Source: Arenicellales bacterium
GTDB taxonomy: Bacteria; Pseudomonadota; Gammaproteobacteria; Arenicellales; JAJDZL01
DNA: 64,000 nt
Assembly (NCBI GenBank): GCA_965206345.1
Contig: OZ242211.1
Span: forward strand, 1,018,758 to 1,082,757
Direction: 5' to 3'
Below the pieces are notes generated by a model. It made no database searches and had not been told where the DNA came from. It worked only from the letters and a program-made list of their open reading frames with translations. This document shows, one piece after another, positions 1 to 10,069 of the stretch; within the stretch, counting starts at the first letter, position 1; every line of letters begins with the position of its first letter. A program made the position numbers and the translations under genes.

Positions 1-230
1 TCAGTTATCTGATCATAATTTCGGACATCCGCGCTAAACCCGAGAACTTCACCACCTGACTGACTCAAAAACTCAACAGCAGATTCTACTTTTTCTGGTG
101 AACGACTGATGACCCCGAGTCTTGCACCCGAATCGGCGAAATTTTTAGCTACACCGAGGTTGATGCCACTGGTACCACCGACCACAATAACAGTGTTAGC
201 GGAAAAGTTGAAATCAAGACTTTCGCCCAT
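1..230 (-). CDS. Short-chain dehydrogenase/reductase (SDR), N-terminal part; gene runs off the window edge
   Basis: Reverse translation from ATG (complement of 228-230) gives MGESLDFNFSANTVIVVGGTSGINLGVAKNF..., a Rossmann TGxxxGIG-type dinucleotide motif. Not in the ORF track because it is truncated. Confidence 0.6.
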   Translation of the reverse strand, partial: MGESLDFNFSANTVIVVGGTSGINLGVAKNFADSGARLGVISRSPEKVESAVEFLSQSGGEVLGFSADVRNYDQIT

Positions 231-291
231 GACTGACAATCAGGTCAAAAGGCTGGTTTTGAAAATGAAAGAAGAGGAGATCGTATAAGAT

Positions 292-459
292 TCAAGATGT
301 TGTGGAATCTTTTCCTTCGACTGTAGAAAGAATCATGTAGAGGACCGACATACCAACGCCCCACCATGCAACATTCGATAAAACTGACCCTGTAAACGTA
401 TCAAAAGACACCAAAATGAGACAACAAACAATTGAAACAATTCCCAATAGATAATTCAT
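292..459 (-). CDS. Hypothetical small membrane protein (55 aa)
   Basis: Hand translation gives MNYLLGIVSIVCCLILVSFDTFTGSVLSNVAWWGVGMSVLYMILSTVEGKDSTTS, with two hydrophobic segments. It is below the ORF-track cutoff and I recognise no homolog. Confidence 0.2.
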   Translation of the reverse strand: MNYLLGIVSIVCCLILVSFDTFTGSVLSNVAWWGVGMSVLYMILSTVEGKDSTTS

Positions 460-873
460 GTCCAAACTCCAATAAATTCACTAACGATTCAATCAAACTG
501 AATTTGATTTTATCAGACATGGAGGTCTAAATCTTCGAGCGCTCGCTGATTATCAGAAGAGCGTTCACTAGTCCGTACAGTAGTAATTCCAGTTCGCACA
601 CCTGAATCAACCCATCTGCAGGTTCTCGAGCAGAAATTCCAGGGGATTATGAAAGTGCGTTGATTCAGATTTGAGGTGGACTTCCCATAACCAAGTCGAA
701 TATAGAGTCAGGCACTCACAACTTCGGAATTTCCAAATGGATCTGAAACAGCGTCGAATTACGAACTTTACTGCATACAATATGCAGGTATATTTGAGTT
801 ATTAATTTTTGCACCTTCGCCCTAAAAGGAATTTAGCAACTGCAAATCTTTACTATGTTTTCAGGGAGTGATC

Positions 874-1872
874 ATGGAAGTTCTTGACCTGTCACACGAA
901 TGTAGCACTCAAAAACTCCACCTTCAGGTAGCTGGCGGATTCGCATGGACCCGCGATAGTGTCGATCCGAAATCTTGCGTCGTTGCGATTAGAACCGCAG
1001 CGCGGAATGAATTAATGCAGGTAGTCGACATCATGGAATCGAATCCACTGCCCACACTGCTTAGACGATTGGAAGATTTTGAAATCCCTCACACCCTGCA
1101 GATGATGGCAGAAATTAAGCGTCGACTTGATGAACCACCCGGGGTAGCAGTGATCAACAGTCTGCCGCTAAATCAAATGAGCGAAGAGCAGGCAATTAAT
1201 CTATTCTGGGTAGTCGGCCAAAAAATCGGGCGAAATGTTGCACAAAAGTGGGACGGAACAATGATTTACCACGTCCGAGACACAGGTGCAGAATATGCAT
1301 ATGGCGTACGCGGCTCCTATACCAGTGTTGAACTATTGTTTCACAACGATAATGCGTTTGGAATCGCCCTGCCTCATTATGTAGGTCTGATGTGCTTAAA
1401 ACCTTCAGCGCAAGGAGGTTTGAGTCGATTTTGCAGCCTCTACACTGTGCACAATCGAATGCTTGAAAAGTACCCGAAAGAACTTGATCGTCTTTACGAA
1501 CCCGTTTACTGGGACAGACAGGCAGAACATACTCCTGGTGCACCGTTGGTGGCAAAAGCACCTGTATTCCGTTTTGACAATGAACGCCTATGGACCCGTG
1601 CAAATCCGAGTCTCATCATGAAAGGCTATGAAGTGGCTGAAACCAAAATGGATAGCGCAACAGAAGATGCAGTACTTGCCCTGAAAGAGGTTTCCGAAGA
1701 TCCATCACTTTGGTTTGAGTTGCCAATTGAAAGAGGGCATCTGCAGTACATCAATAACATAGACATTGCGCATTACCGCAGTGAAATAGTTGATGATCCA
1801 AATCCAGACAAAAAGCGCCATTTAGTTCGTACCTGGCATCGCGACACGGGCAAGACCATCTACGACGGCTAG
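874..1872 (+). CDS. TauD/TfdA-family Fe(II)/2-oxoglutarate-dependent dioxygenase
   Basis: HxD facial-triad motif (LLFHNDNAF) and a distal His/Arg region (RTWHRD), with size typical of the family. I prefer ATG 874 because an AGGGAG RBS sits at 863-868; the ORF track starts at GTG 868. Confidence 0.6.
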   Translation: MEVLDLSHECSTQKLHLQVAGGFAWTRDSVDPKSCVVAIRTAARNELMQVVDIMESNPLPTLLRRLEDFEIPHTLQMMAEIKRRLDEPPGVAVINSLPLNQMSEEQAINLFWVVGQKIGRNVAQKWDGTMIYHVRDTGAEYAYGVRGSYTSVELLFHNDNAFGIALPHYVGLMCLKPSAQGGLSRFCSLYTVHNRMLEKYPKELDRLYEPVYWDRQAEHTPGAPLVAKAPVFRFDNERLWTRANPSLIMKGYEVAETKMDSATEDAVLALKEVSEDPSLWFELPIERGHLQYINNIDIAHYRSEIVDDPNPDKKRHLVRTWHRDTGKTIYDG

Positions 1873-2136
1873 CTAAACTCCGTCATTCACCTCCTTGTCC
1901 TTGGCAAGTTCTGTGCGGAGAGTTCTAACTCAACCAGCGTAAATTCTGGTATCACCATGTTTTCTGTTCATAGACAACGGCTCGCCAGTGTCTAGTAGTT
2001 GTTTCTGGGTAAACCATCGGCTCCAAAAACCTGCTCTTGTTCTGCATTGAACCGTTCACAAATTTTCGATAGAAAGTCGAATTCTCCATTGACGGAGATT
2101 CGCGTAAAATTTCGTTTAATCACATTGGTGCAATCA

Positions 2137-2874
2137 ATGACCAAACTAAGCATTAATCTGAACAAAATTGCATTGCTGAGAAACGCAAGAGGCATGAATT
2201 TCCCTAAGGTACTCGACTTTGCTGAACTTTGCGTCAAAAACGGTACCCACGGCATAACCGTACACCCGCGCCCAGACCAGCGTCATGCCACTTATCGGGA
2301 CGCTTTCGAACTAGCAGAATTCTGTCAGGACTACCCTGATGTTGAGTTTAACGTTGAAGGTTACCCGACTGCAGATTTTTTGGAGGTCGTCAAATCCGCC
2401 AAACCCGATCAGTGTACTTTAGTACCGGATGCGCCAGATCAAATCACATCCGATCACGGTTGGAACACTCAATCAGAAAACCATTTTCTGCGACCGCTTC
2501 TTGCCGACCTCAGAGAACATGGCATTCGAACCAGTATTTTTCTTGACCCAGATCCATCTTTGATTCCTTCTGCAGCAGAAACCGGTACTGACAGAATTGA
2601 ACTCTACACCGAAGAATACGCCCGGACCTACAACACTGAAAATCACGAACAGGTTTTTGAACAATACCGAAAGGCTTCAGTCAGGGCACAGGAGCATGGA
2701 CTTGGCGTCAATGCTGGCCACGATTTGAATCAAAAGAACTTAGGGAAATTTTTGACTATCCCAGATATTCTTGAAGTGTCGATCGGGCACGCTCTGACGG
2801 TTGAAGCCTTACTCCAAGGCTTTGAAACGACAGTTCGATCTTACGTATCAATTGTGGAAAAGTCAGCGGCTTAG
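2137..2874 (+). CDS. pdxJ: Pyridoxine 5'-phosphate synthase
   Basis: MTKLSINLNKIALLRNARG...GITVHPRPDQRH...GHDLN matches the PdxJ family pattern. The internal ATG at 2137 gives a normal 245-aa length; the 46-aa upstream extension in the track looks non-coding. Confidence 0.88.
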   Translation: MTKLSINLNKIALLRNARGMNFPKVLDFAELCVKNGTHGITVHPRPDQRHATYRDAFELAEFCQDYPDVEFNVEGYPTADFLEVVKSAKPDQCTLVPDAPDQITSDHGWNTQSENHFLRPLLADLREHGIRTSIFLDPDPSLIPSAAETGTDRIELYTEEYARTYNTENHEQVFEQYRKASVRAQEHGLGVNAGHDLNQKNLGKFLTIPDILEVSIGHALTVEALLQGFETTVRSYVSIVEKSAA

Positions 2875-2961
2875 CGTTTGCGTCACAAGGGATATCCAAT
2901 TTTGACCATCCCAGTCGTTACGACGGAATGGTCTTCCTGAATTTCAGATGGTTAGCTGTGG

Positions 2962-3810
2962 CTACCTCTGGAATTCAACCACGTTCTGCAACTGCTCGCC
3001 TAATCCCTCAACCCCAAGCCTGACTTGATTACCCGGTCTAAGAAATACCGGTGGATTCAATCCAAATCCGACGCCTGATGGTGTACCAGTTAGAATCAAG
3101 TCTCCAGGCATCAGCGTCATGTATCTGCTCACGTAACTAACGAGATGTGCCACCTCAAATATCATGTCATCTGTTGAACCGTCTTGATATCGCTTACCGT
3201 TCACATCCAGCCACAAATGGAGATTCTGTGGATCGGGAATTTCATCGCGCGTGGCAAGAAATGGTCCCAAAGGGCAGAAAGTGTCTGCACTTTTACCCTT
3301 TACCCACTGCCCGGTTCCCTCAATTTGAAATGCTCGTTCGGAAACATCGTTCGCAATGCAGTATCCGGCAACATAGTCAAATGCCTCGCTTTCCTCGACA
3401 TACCGCGCGACACGTCCAATGGCGACAGTCAATTCAACCTCCCAATCTGTTTTTTTACTTCCCTTTGGTAACATTAAGTCGTCATTCGGTCCGACGATTG
3501 ATGTCGTTGCCTTCATAAACAGGATAGGTTCTTCCGGGATTTTCAAACCCGCTTCTTCAGCGTGCAGGCGATAGTTGAGACCGATGCAAACCAGCTTACC
3601 GACATTCGCAACAGGCGGTCCAATTCTAGGTGCACCTTCAACACGACTCAAGTCGTTTAAGTTAAGACTTGCCAGTTTGTCCAGGCTATTAGGTGCCAGC
3701 ACTGATCCATCAATATCATGAACGTGTTCGGACAAATCTCGAATGTTGCCCTCTTGGTCAAAAATACCAGGTTTCTCCTGGCCTGCTTCGCCGTATCGCA
3801 CGAGTTTCAT
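2962..3810 (-). CDS. Fumarylacetoacetate hydrolase (FAH) family protein
   Basis: MKLVRYG...GIF N-terminus, CIGLNYRLHAEE and GDLILTGTPSGVG motifs typical of FAH-family hydratases/isomerases. Confidence 0.85.
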   Translation of the reverse strand: MKLVRYGEAGQEKPGIFDQEGNIRDLSEHVHDIDGSVLAPNSLDKLASLNLNDLSRVEGAPRIGPPVANVGKLVCIGLNYRLHAEEAGLKIPEEPILFMKATTSIVGPNDDLMLPKGSKKTDWEVELTVAIGRVARYVEESEAFDYVAGYCIANDVSERAFQIEGTGQWVKGKSADTFCPLGPFLATRDEIPDPQNLHLWLDVNGKRYQDGSTDDMIFEVAHLVSYVSRYMTLMPGDLILTGTPSGVGFGLNPPVFLRPGNQVRLGVEGLGEQLQNVVEFQR

Positions 3811-3872
3811 AAAATTCTCCTAATGTTTTTTGGTGAAAGGCTCTCGATCTGCACCAGATTCAAACAATCTAA

Positions 3873-6185
3873 TTAATTCGCATTTTGAATTAATCGCCAT
3901 ATGCTTTCCGAAGTTACTGGCATTTGCACCTCTTCGATTCCCAACGGCCGCAACGCATCAACTATGCCATTCATAATTGCTGCAGGCGCCCCCGTTATAC
4001 CTAATTCTCCAACGCCTTTGGTACCGAGTGGATTTTCATCGGTATCAACAGGATTCCACAAACTTTCAAACATCGGCAAGTCGTCAGCCCTCGGGAGTGT
4101 GTAGTCCATGAAGCTACCACTTAACAGCTGCCCCGTGGATTCATCATAGTGCGCTTTTTCCAGCAATGCATGTCCAGCACCTTGGGCAACACCACCGTGA
4201 ATTTGTCCTTCACAAATCACTGGGTTGTAGATTTTGCCGGGATCGCTCACTGTTAAAAATCGGCAGATGCGAACCGTACCCGTTTCAGCATCAATCTCAA
4301 CTTCACAGGCTTGAGCACCGCTGGCGAATATCCCTGCTTGAATAAAGTGTTCATGTTCCACTCTAAGTGGTTTGCCCGTTTCTTTGATCATCAATTTGGT
4401 TATTTCACCCAGACTGACCTGCCGATCAGTTCCAGAAACAGTAAACAATCCATGAGCATATACCAGGTCGTTTTCTGCAACTTCAAGATGCTGTGCGGCA
4501 TACCCGCGTGCCCTTTTCAGTACTTTCTTAACTCCGAAATGAATTGCTGAACCACCCATACGAAGAGATCGGGATGCATGAGTACCGCTACCAGTTCGAA
4601 CCCGGTCGGTATCGCCATCGACTATCCGAACCCTGTCAAGAGGAAGTTGCAAACGACTTGCCAAGAGTTGTGCGAATACAGTTTCGTGCCCGACACCAAT
4701 CGATTTAGTACCGACTCTCGCCTCGACAACATCGCCCAGAACCGATATTTCTGCAAACTCATTGGGCGAACCGCCGACACTGTCGAGATAAACCGAATAA
4801 CCCAATCCGCGATACTTGCCCTGCTGGGCACAAGCACGCCTTCGAGTCTGATACTCATTCATATCGAGATGCTCCAACAGCATGTCAAAGTTAGCCGGAT
4901 AGTTACCTGCAGAATAATGAGCACCACTTGGCGCTATCCAAGGCAATTCACCGGCCTGAATCATATTCATTTTCCTGAAGCGAACAGGATCTATACCCAT
5001 TTCATAAGCAGCCTTATCGACGACTCGTTCCAGTGCAAAAGATGCTTCTGCTCGGGCTACCCCTCGAAAGGCTCCAATATTTGCAGTATTGGTAAAGACA
5101 CCCTTGATCTGAAAGTTGCTGGCTGGTATCCGATAAACGCCACAATTGACTAGGTGCATATAAGACGCGTGAAGCCAGATACTGCGTTGATTCAAGTAAG
5201 CCCCAAGGCGCCACGCACTCACAAGTCGAATTGCAGTCATCTTGCCTTGATGATCAAGTGCAAGTTTGGCAGTTAAGCGTTGATCCCGTGATTGAGAGTC
5301 GGTCAGAAAGCTTTCAGATCGTTCCAGAGTGCATCGCACTGGCGCACCTGTTTGCTGAGCAAGCCAAGCCAGCACAGCAAAATCCGGGTAGGGTGATGTT
5401 CGCGCGCCAAAGCCTCCTCCTGTATCTGGCGAAATGAACCTGACTTTTTCGGGCGGTTCATTCAGAATGTCAGCAATTCCCTGTTGGTGCCAATGAACCG
5501 ACTGACTGCCACAAATAACCTCGTATCGATCTGTTTCTTTGTCAAATCGAGCGATCACAGCCCGCGGCTCTAAGAAGGCGATCACATGCCGAGGATAGTC
5601 GACCGTTACCGAAACCACCTTGAAAGCTTTGCCAAACGCATCATCGACAGCCTGTGCATCTCCATATTCGGCGTCCACACAGATATTGCTTTCAAGTTCA
5701 TCCCACACCAGCGGTGCCTCGGACTTCAATGCTTGCTCGACATCAACGACAACTTCAAGCGAGTCGTACTCCACATCGACCGTCTCCGCTGCATCCCGCG
5801 CAGCTAGGCTGCTCTCTGCAACGACCACTGCGACGGGTTCCCCTACCACTCGAACCTTCTCCCTAGCAAGTGGCCATCGCGACACGACGGGAAGCTGACT
5901 ACCGTCTTTATTGATAATTGGAAAGTCTGGGCTACGCGTCAGAGGATCAATCGGCTTCAGACCAGCTTTAGCGAGTGTTTCACCAGTCGCAATCATGCGG
6001 ACACCTGGCATTTTCACTGCATTGGAAGCATCGATAGAAACTATGCGCGCATGGGCATAGGGGCTACGTACAAAACAGGCGAACAATTCACCCTCAAAGC
6101 GCAAGTCGTCCGTGAAGGAGCCATTGCCGGTGAGCAAACGCTCATCTTCGACACGCAATACCGGTTTACCGATCAAATCATCCAT
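3873..6185 (-). CDS. Molybdopterin-binding large subunit of a xanthine dehydrogenase / CoxL-type molybdenum hydroxylase
   Basis: 770 aa. The N-terminus GKPVLRVEDERLLTGNGSFTDDL...FVRSPYAHARI is the classic aldehyde oxidase/XDH a/b-hammerhead start, and the core contains GAFRGV. Confidence 0.8.
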   Translation of the reverse strand: MDDLIGKPVLRVEDERLLTGNGSFTDDLRFEGELFACFVRSPYAHARIVSIDASNAVKMPGVRMIATGETLAKAGLKPIDPLTRSPDFPIINKDGSQLPVVSRWPLAREKVRVVGEPVAVVVAESSLAARDAAETVDVEYDSLEVVVDVEQALKSEAPLVWDELESNICVDAEYGDAQAVDDAFGKAFKVVSVTVDYPRHVIAFLEPRAVIARFDKETDRYEVICGSQSVHWHQQGIADILNEPPEKVRFISPDTGGGFGARTSPYPDFAVLAWLAQQTGAPVRCTLERSESFLTDSQSRDQRLTAKLALDHQGKMTAIRLVSAWRLGAYLNQRSIWLHASYMHLVNCGVYRIPASNFQIKGVFTNTANIGAFRGVARAEASFALERVVDKAAYEMGIDPVRFRKMNMIQAGELPWIAPSGAHYSAGNYPANFDMLLEHLDMNEYQTRRRACAQQGKYRGLGYSVYLDSVGGSPNEFAEISVLGDVVEARVGTKSIGVGHETVFAQLLASRLQLPLDRVRIVDGDTDRVRTGSGTHASRSLRMGGSAIHFGVKKVLKRARGYAAQHLEVAENDLVYAHGLFTVSGTDRQVSLGEITKLMIKETGKPLRVEHEHFIQAGIFASGAQACEVEIDAETGTVRICRFLTVSDPGKIYNPVICEGQIHGGVAQGAGHALLEKAHYDESTGQLLSGSFMDYTLPRADDLPMFESLWNPVDTDENPLGTKGVGELGITGAPAAIMNGIVDALRPLGIEEVQMPVTSESIWRLIQNAN

Positions 6186-6399
6186 TTACAAAGTAATTCT
6201 GTTAGTTCGAAAATTTTGCCAGTGTTCCCCAAATTGATTGTCGGTTCGTGCAAGTGGATTGAAACTCAATTCGATGAGTACTCAGCGCTACTTAACTGCA
6301 GATAATTCGCATCTCGAAACGCTTGAATTCTGGTAATTACACACTAACTATAAATGCCAAATACGACAAATCATGTTTTCGGTTACATGGAGTACCTCG

Positions 6400-8304
6400 A
6401 TGTCAGAAGAAACAACAATAGACAAAATTGATTTTCAGGCTGAAGTTCAGCAACTGCTGAACCTCGTCATTCACTCTTTGTACTCGGAACGGGAAGTATT
6501 CCTGCGAGAGTTGATTTCCAATGCCTCAGACGCCTGTGGACGACTCCGTTTCGAGTCTTTAACCAATCCCGAAATGCTGGAGTCAGAACACACGCCAGCC
6601 ATTGAATTGGAAATTGCCAAGAGGCCAAAGACCATCACGATCCGAGATAACGGCATTGGAATGACCCGCGAAGAGGTCGCAGAGAATATCGGAACAATTG
6701 CCCGGTCAGGTACCAAGAAATTTGTTGAAGCACTCACTGGAGAACAGTCCGAAGATGCCAATCTGATCGGACAGTTTGGAGTCGGCTTCTATTCTGTATT
6801 CATGGTCGCCGAAAGAGTCATCATGAAAACTCGCAAAGCAGGTACTGCAAAGGAACAGGGTGTCGTTTGGGAGTCAGATGGAGTAACCGGCTACACAATT
6901 GAAGATCAGTCAATTGAAAATCATGGCACCGAGATCATTATCACCCTGCGTAAGGATGCCAAAGAATTTGCGGATACAGGGCAGGTTTCAAGCGTCATCA
7001 AGAAGTATGCAGATCACATCTCTGTTCCAATTCGACTTCGGGCTGCACCAACTGCCAAGAAAGAAGAAGAGTGGGAACTCGTAAACGACGGTTCTGCGCT
7101 CTGGACCCGGGCGCGAAAAGACATTTCCGATGAGGAATATGACAATTTCTACAAGTCACTAACCTTCGACTTTGAAAATCCGCTGTTAAGACTGCACAAT
7201 CGTGTCGAGGGGCGGCTTGAGTATTCCGCTCTTGTTTTTATCCCAGCACATGCACCGTATGACCTGTGGGATGCCGACCGTCAGCGAGGTATCAAGCTCT
7301 ACGTTCGCCGCGTATTCATAGCGGATGACACAAAAAACCTGATGCCAAGTTACCTTCGGTTTGTACGCGGCGTCATCGACTCCGATGATTTGCCATTGAA
7401 CATTTCACGGGAGTTTCTGCAGAAGAACAAACAAGTCGAACGAATTCGTGCTGGTGTGGTCAGGAAAATACTTGGCGAGCTCAAGCGAGTGGCCAAGAAG
7501 GACAGCGAGAAATATCAAACCTTCTGGAAAGAGTTCGGCCGGGCGTTTAAAGAAGGAATCACAGAGGACGCGGACAACCGGCAGACAATTGCCGAACTGC
7601 TTCGATTCGCCACAACAAAAACCGAAGGTGATGAACAGACTGAGTCACTGCAGCAATACATTGATCGCATGCATGAAAAACAGGATGCAATTTACTATAT
7701 CACCGCTGACAGTCACGCTTCAGCTCAAGGCTCTCCACATCTTGAGATTTTCAAAAAGCATGAGATCGAAGTCATTCTGATGAGCGACCATATTGATGAG
7801 TGGGTGGTGATGCATTTGACTGAATTTCAGGACAAGCCTCTAAAATCAATTGCCAAAGGCGACCTTGAACTGGACTGGCTCGATTCCGAAGAAAAAACTG
7901 AAGAACAGCCCGATGAAAAAGTGGAGGCACTGGTTGGCAAACTGAAAGATGTATTGGGCAGTCGAATTACTGATGTCAGAATCACATCCAGACTGACTGA
8001 TTCACCAGCATGCCTAGTGGTTGGAGATTACGGACTCAGCCGAAATTTAACGCGTATTCTGAAAGCCACCGGTCAGAGCTCCTACAACGTGCCACCAATC
8101 ATGGAAATCAATCCGAATCACCAGATTATTCAAAATTTGGTGGAATCAGATGACAATCTGGATGACTGGGCACATGTCCTGTTTGATCAGGCTGTCCTGA
8201 GCGAAGGTTCTGCGCTGGATGATCCTGCCGACTATGTTCGACGGATCAATACCCTGCTCTCAGGCGCTTCCGGCGAGAAAAGCCCAATCATACTCGCCCC
8301 GTAA
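6400..8304 (+). CDS. htpG: Molecular chaperone HtpG (Hsp90)
   Basis: FQAEVQQLLNLVIHSLYSEREVFLRELISNASDA and GQFGVGFYS are Hsp90 signatures. I prefer ATG 6400, which has GGAG 8 nt upstream. Confidence 0.95.
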   Translation: MSEETTIDKIDFQAEVQQLLNLVIHSLYSEREVFLRELISNASDACGRLRFESLTNPEMLESEHTPAIELEIAKRPKTITIRDNGIGMTREEVAENIGTIARSGTKKFVEALTGEQSEDANLIGQFGVGFYSVFMVAERVIMKTRKAGTAKEQGVVWESDGVTGYTIEDQSIENHGTEIIITLRKDAKEFADTGQVSSVIKKYADHISVPIRLRAAPTAKKEEEWELVNDGSALWTRARKDISDEEYDNFYKSLTFDFENPLLRLHNRVEGRLEYSALVFIPAHAPYDLWDADRQRGIKLYVRRVFIADDTKNLMPSYLRFVRGVIDSDDLPLNISREFLQKNKQVERIRAGVVRKILGELKRVAKKDSEKYQTFWKEFGRAFKEGITEDADNRQTIAELLRFATTKTEGDEQTESLQQYIDRMHEKQDAIYYITADSHASAQGSPHLEIFKKHEIEVILMSDHIDEWVVMHLTEFQDKPLKSIAKGDLELDWLDSEEKTEEQPDEKVEALVGKLKDVLGSRITDVRITSRLTDSPACLVVGDYGLSRNLTRILKATGQSSYNVPPIMEINPNHQIIQNLVESDDNLDDWAHVLFDQAVLSEGSALDDPADYVRRINTLLSGASGEKSPIILAP

Positions 8305-8483
8305 TATTTCCGGTTGACACTGTCGACCTGATGAATTCGAAGGAGAGTACGGCCGCTCCGTCTAATGATCGGTGTTTGAAAAACCACGTCCTTGACTAGG
8401 GCACTGAAACAATGTGACGCTGACGGAGGTTAAAACTATGTTTCGGTCAAAAGTGAACTCTGAATGTCGGTCTCCTTGAGAGT

Positions 8484-8840
8484 TCAATTGTTGTCGTGGT
8501 TGGAATTGGAAAGTCTGGATTCTAGACCAGAGTAGTACGCCGAAATATCTTCAATATCCTTGTCGCTTAAATTAGCAGTGAGTTCATTCATCACTTGATG
8601 TTTACGAAGCCCGGATCTGTAATCACTTAGTGACTTAATCAGATAGTCCTGATGTTGTCCGGATATGATTGGCGTCTTCTCACCGAGTACAACGTTGCCT
8701 TTTCTGTGGCAGGTCAGACACGGTTGCGCTTTGTTTCTGCCTGCTACAGCGTCACCCGTCGCTAAGCAATCATTAGGAACAGCGAATAGGAATAATGCAC
8801 CAAACAGAATCTGTGCCGCGAATGGAATTACTTTTTCCAA
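8484..8840 (-). CDS. Periplasmic class I c-type cytochrome
   Basis: N-terminal signal peptide, a single CLTCH heme-binding CxxCH motif, a downstream Met candidate (HQVMNEL), and 118 aa. Confidence 0.8.
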   Translation of the reverse strand: MEKVIPFAAQILFGALFLFAVPNDCLATGDAVAGRNKAQPCLTCHRKGNVVLGEKTPIISGQHQDYLIKSLSDYRSGLRKHQVMNELTANLSDKDIEDISAYYSGLESRLSNSNHDNN

Positions 8841-9079
8841 AGTCGTGCAATGTCTGAATCAACCAATTCGGAATAAGGAAATCCGAAACCAACATTTAAA
8901 TCACTACAAGCCATATCGCCTAGCGTGGAAATATGGCTTGCAGTGAATATAGAACCGTCTATGTACTTCCCACGTAAAACCGACAAAATTCGATATTACG
9001 AGAAATCAAAAGTGTCGTTTTTTGGCCGTGATCAGTTTCGTATGTTCGCTAATACTCGCTGATATGCAGCGGTTGGACT

Positions 9080-9526
9080 TTACTGCCCCACAATATCGTC
9101 ATGCATACCACCTAACACACCCATAATCGTGTCATGCTCCTCCTGACCAACACCAGACGACATCATAGCTTTCGACATTTGTTCAGCAAGTGCTCCGAAC
9201 TCCGCTTCCGTGATATCCATTCCTTTGTGAGCTTCCAACATATTCATTCCGGAATAGGTACAAGGACCACCTGTCGCTTCACAAACCTGCTCTATTAATA
9301 ACATCTTTAGTTTATCAAGATCCGTATTTGCAAAACGCGCATTGATTCGATCATCCCCGCCAACGTTGGTCAAAAAAACCTCCACAACGGTAGTAATTCC
9401 TTCTGTACCGCCAATTTTGTCATATAGGCTTTTTTCGTCTGCAAGAAGATTATCCGATGAAGTCGAAACAAATAGACAAAATGAAAATGCGGCGATACCC
9501 AATACCAAATGTTTTAGCTTAATCAT
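9080..9526 (-). CDS. Group 1 truncated hemoglobin (trHbN-like) with N-terminal signal peptide
   Basis: SLYDKIGG...GGP.TYSG.NM..AHKGM.IT..EF pattern of bacterial 2-on-2 globins. Start placed at the ATG at 9526, preceded by GGAGAAGG. MIKLKHLVLGIAAFSFCLFVSTSS looks like a Sec signal. Confidence 0.7.
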   Translation of the reverse strand: MIKLKHLVLGIAAFSFCLFVSTSSDNLLADEKSLYDKIGGTEGITTVVEVFLTNVGGDDRINARFANTDLDKLKMLLIEQVCEATGGPCTYSGMNMLEAHKGMDITEAEFGALAEQMSKAMMSSGVGQEEHDTIMGVLGGMHDDIVGQ

Positions 9527-9696
9527 CGATCCTTCTCCATAATTAGTTTTTTTAATGACGTTCGATTTAGTCATTCGAACGGTATGCTTATTCCAATTCC
9601 ATAATAACACAAAAAACACATGGTAATTTTGGAAGCATTTCCAAAGAAATCCTAGGTCGGTAAATTGCTTTATGGTAGGATTTAAGAGATTCGTCA

Positions 9697-9788
9697 ATGA
9701 GCACGAATATGATCACGAAGAGAGAATTGTTGATGATTCTCGAACTGAAGAACGAAGGACTTTCGACCAGCGAGATTGCGCGCAAGCG
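9697..9788 (+). pseudogene. About 30-codon stump resembling a transposase/recombinase-type HTH N-terminus
   Basis: MSTNMITKRELLMILELKNEGLSTSEIARKRR then loses meaning exactly where the GC content jumps (about 9785). Confidence 0.3.
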
Positions 9789-10058
9789 CAGGTCAATATT
9801 GACGGCTACGCCACCGCCTATGCTGCTTTTGCAACAGGTGATACCACATTTGCCAATGGTTACACGGACATTCCCTGCCCATTTCTGGCCATGACCGGCG
9901 GTCTTGATCTGAACTCAACCCCAGCCATATCGCAAAATATGGCCGAACTGGTTCAGAATGGCTGCACTTTTATTTTGCAAGGGTATGGTTACATGACAAA
10001 CCTGACCACACCAGATAAGGTGAATGCGATCTTGTTGGACTGGCTGAACACTGGCTAA
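9789..10058 (+). pseudogene. C-terminal fragment of an alpha/beta-hydrolase (enol-lactonase-like)
   Basis: ...DIPCPFLAMTGGLDLNSTP...LVQNGCTFILQGYGYMTNLTTPDKVNAILLDWL resembles only the last ~90 aa of the fold. The expected catalytic His position reads Tyr (GYGYM), and the nucleophile elbow and N-terminal 2/3 are absent. Confidence 0.5.
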
Positions 10059-10069
10059 GGAGACCGGCC

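Noticed and set aside
602-668. 10-bp inverted repeat (CTGAATCAAC / GTTGATTCAG) with a ~47-nt loop in the long leader of the TauD-family gene; considered as a riboswitch.
   Set aside because: I recognise no riboswitch consensus, and a single stem is not enough evidence.
1999-2136. 46-codon N-terminal extension of pdxJ in the ORF track.
   Set aside because: PdxJ homologs start at the MTKLSINLNKIA... position. The extension is Cys/Ser-rich and has no counterpart.
4578-5153. 191-aa plus-strand ORF, and several shorter ones, inside the molybdenum hydroxylase gene.
   Set aside because: They are antisense to a strongly supported 770-aa gene and contain no motifs.
6322-6355. Possible sigma-32 heat-shock promoter upstream of htpG (CTTGAA at 6322-6327).
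   Set aside because: The downstream element (CACTAACT) matches the CCCCATNT consensus at only about 4 positions. The nearby TATAAA is at a poor spacing for sigma-70. This is not supportable without mapping data.
9672-10058. 128-aa ORF treated as an intact gene.
   Set aside because: Only its last ~90 residues resemble an alpha/beta-hydrolase C-terminus. The first ~40 codons are out-of-frame readout of the HTH stump. It is annotated as a pseudogene fragment instead.
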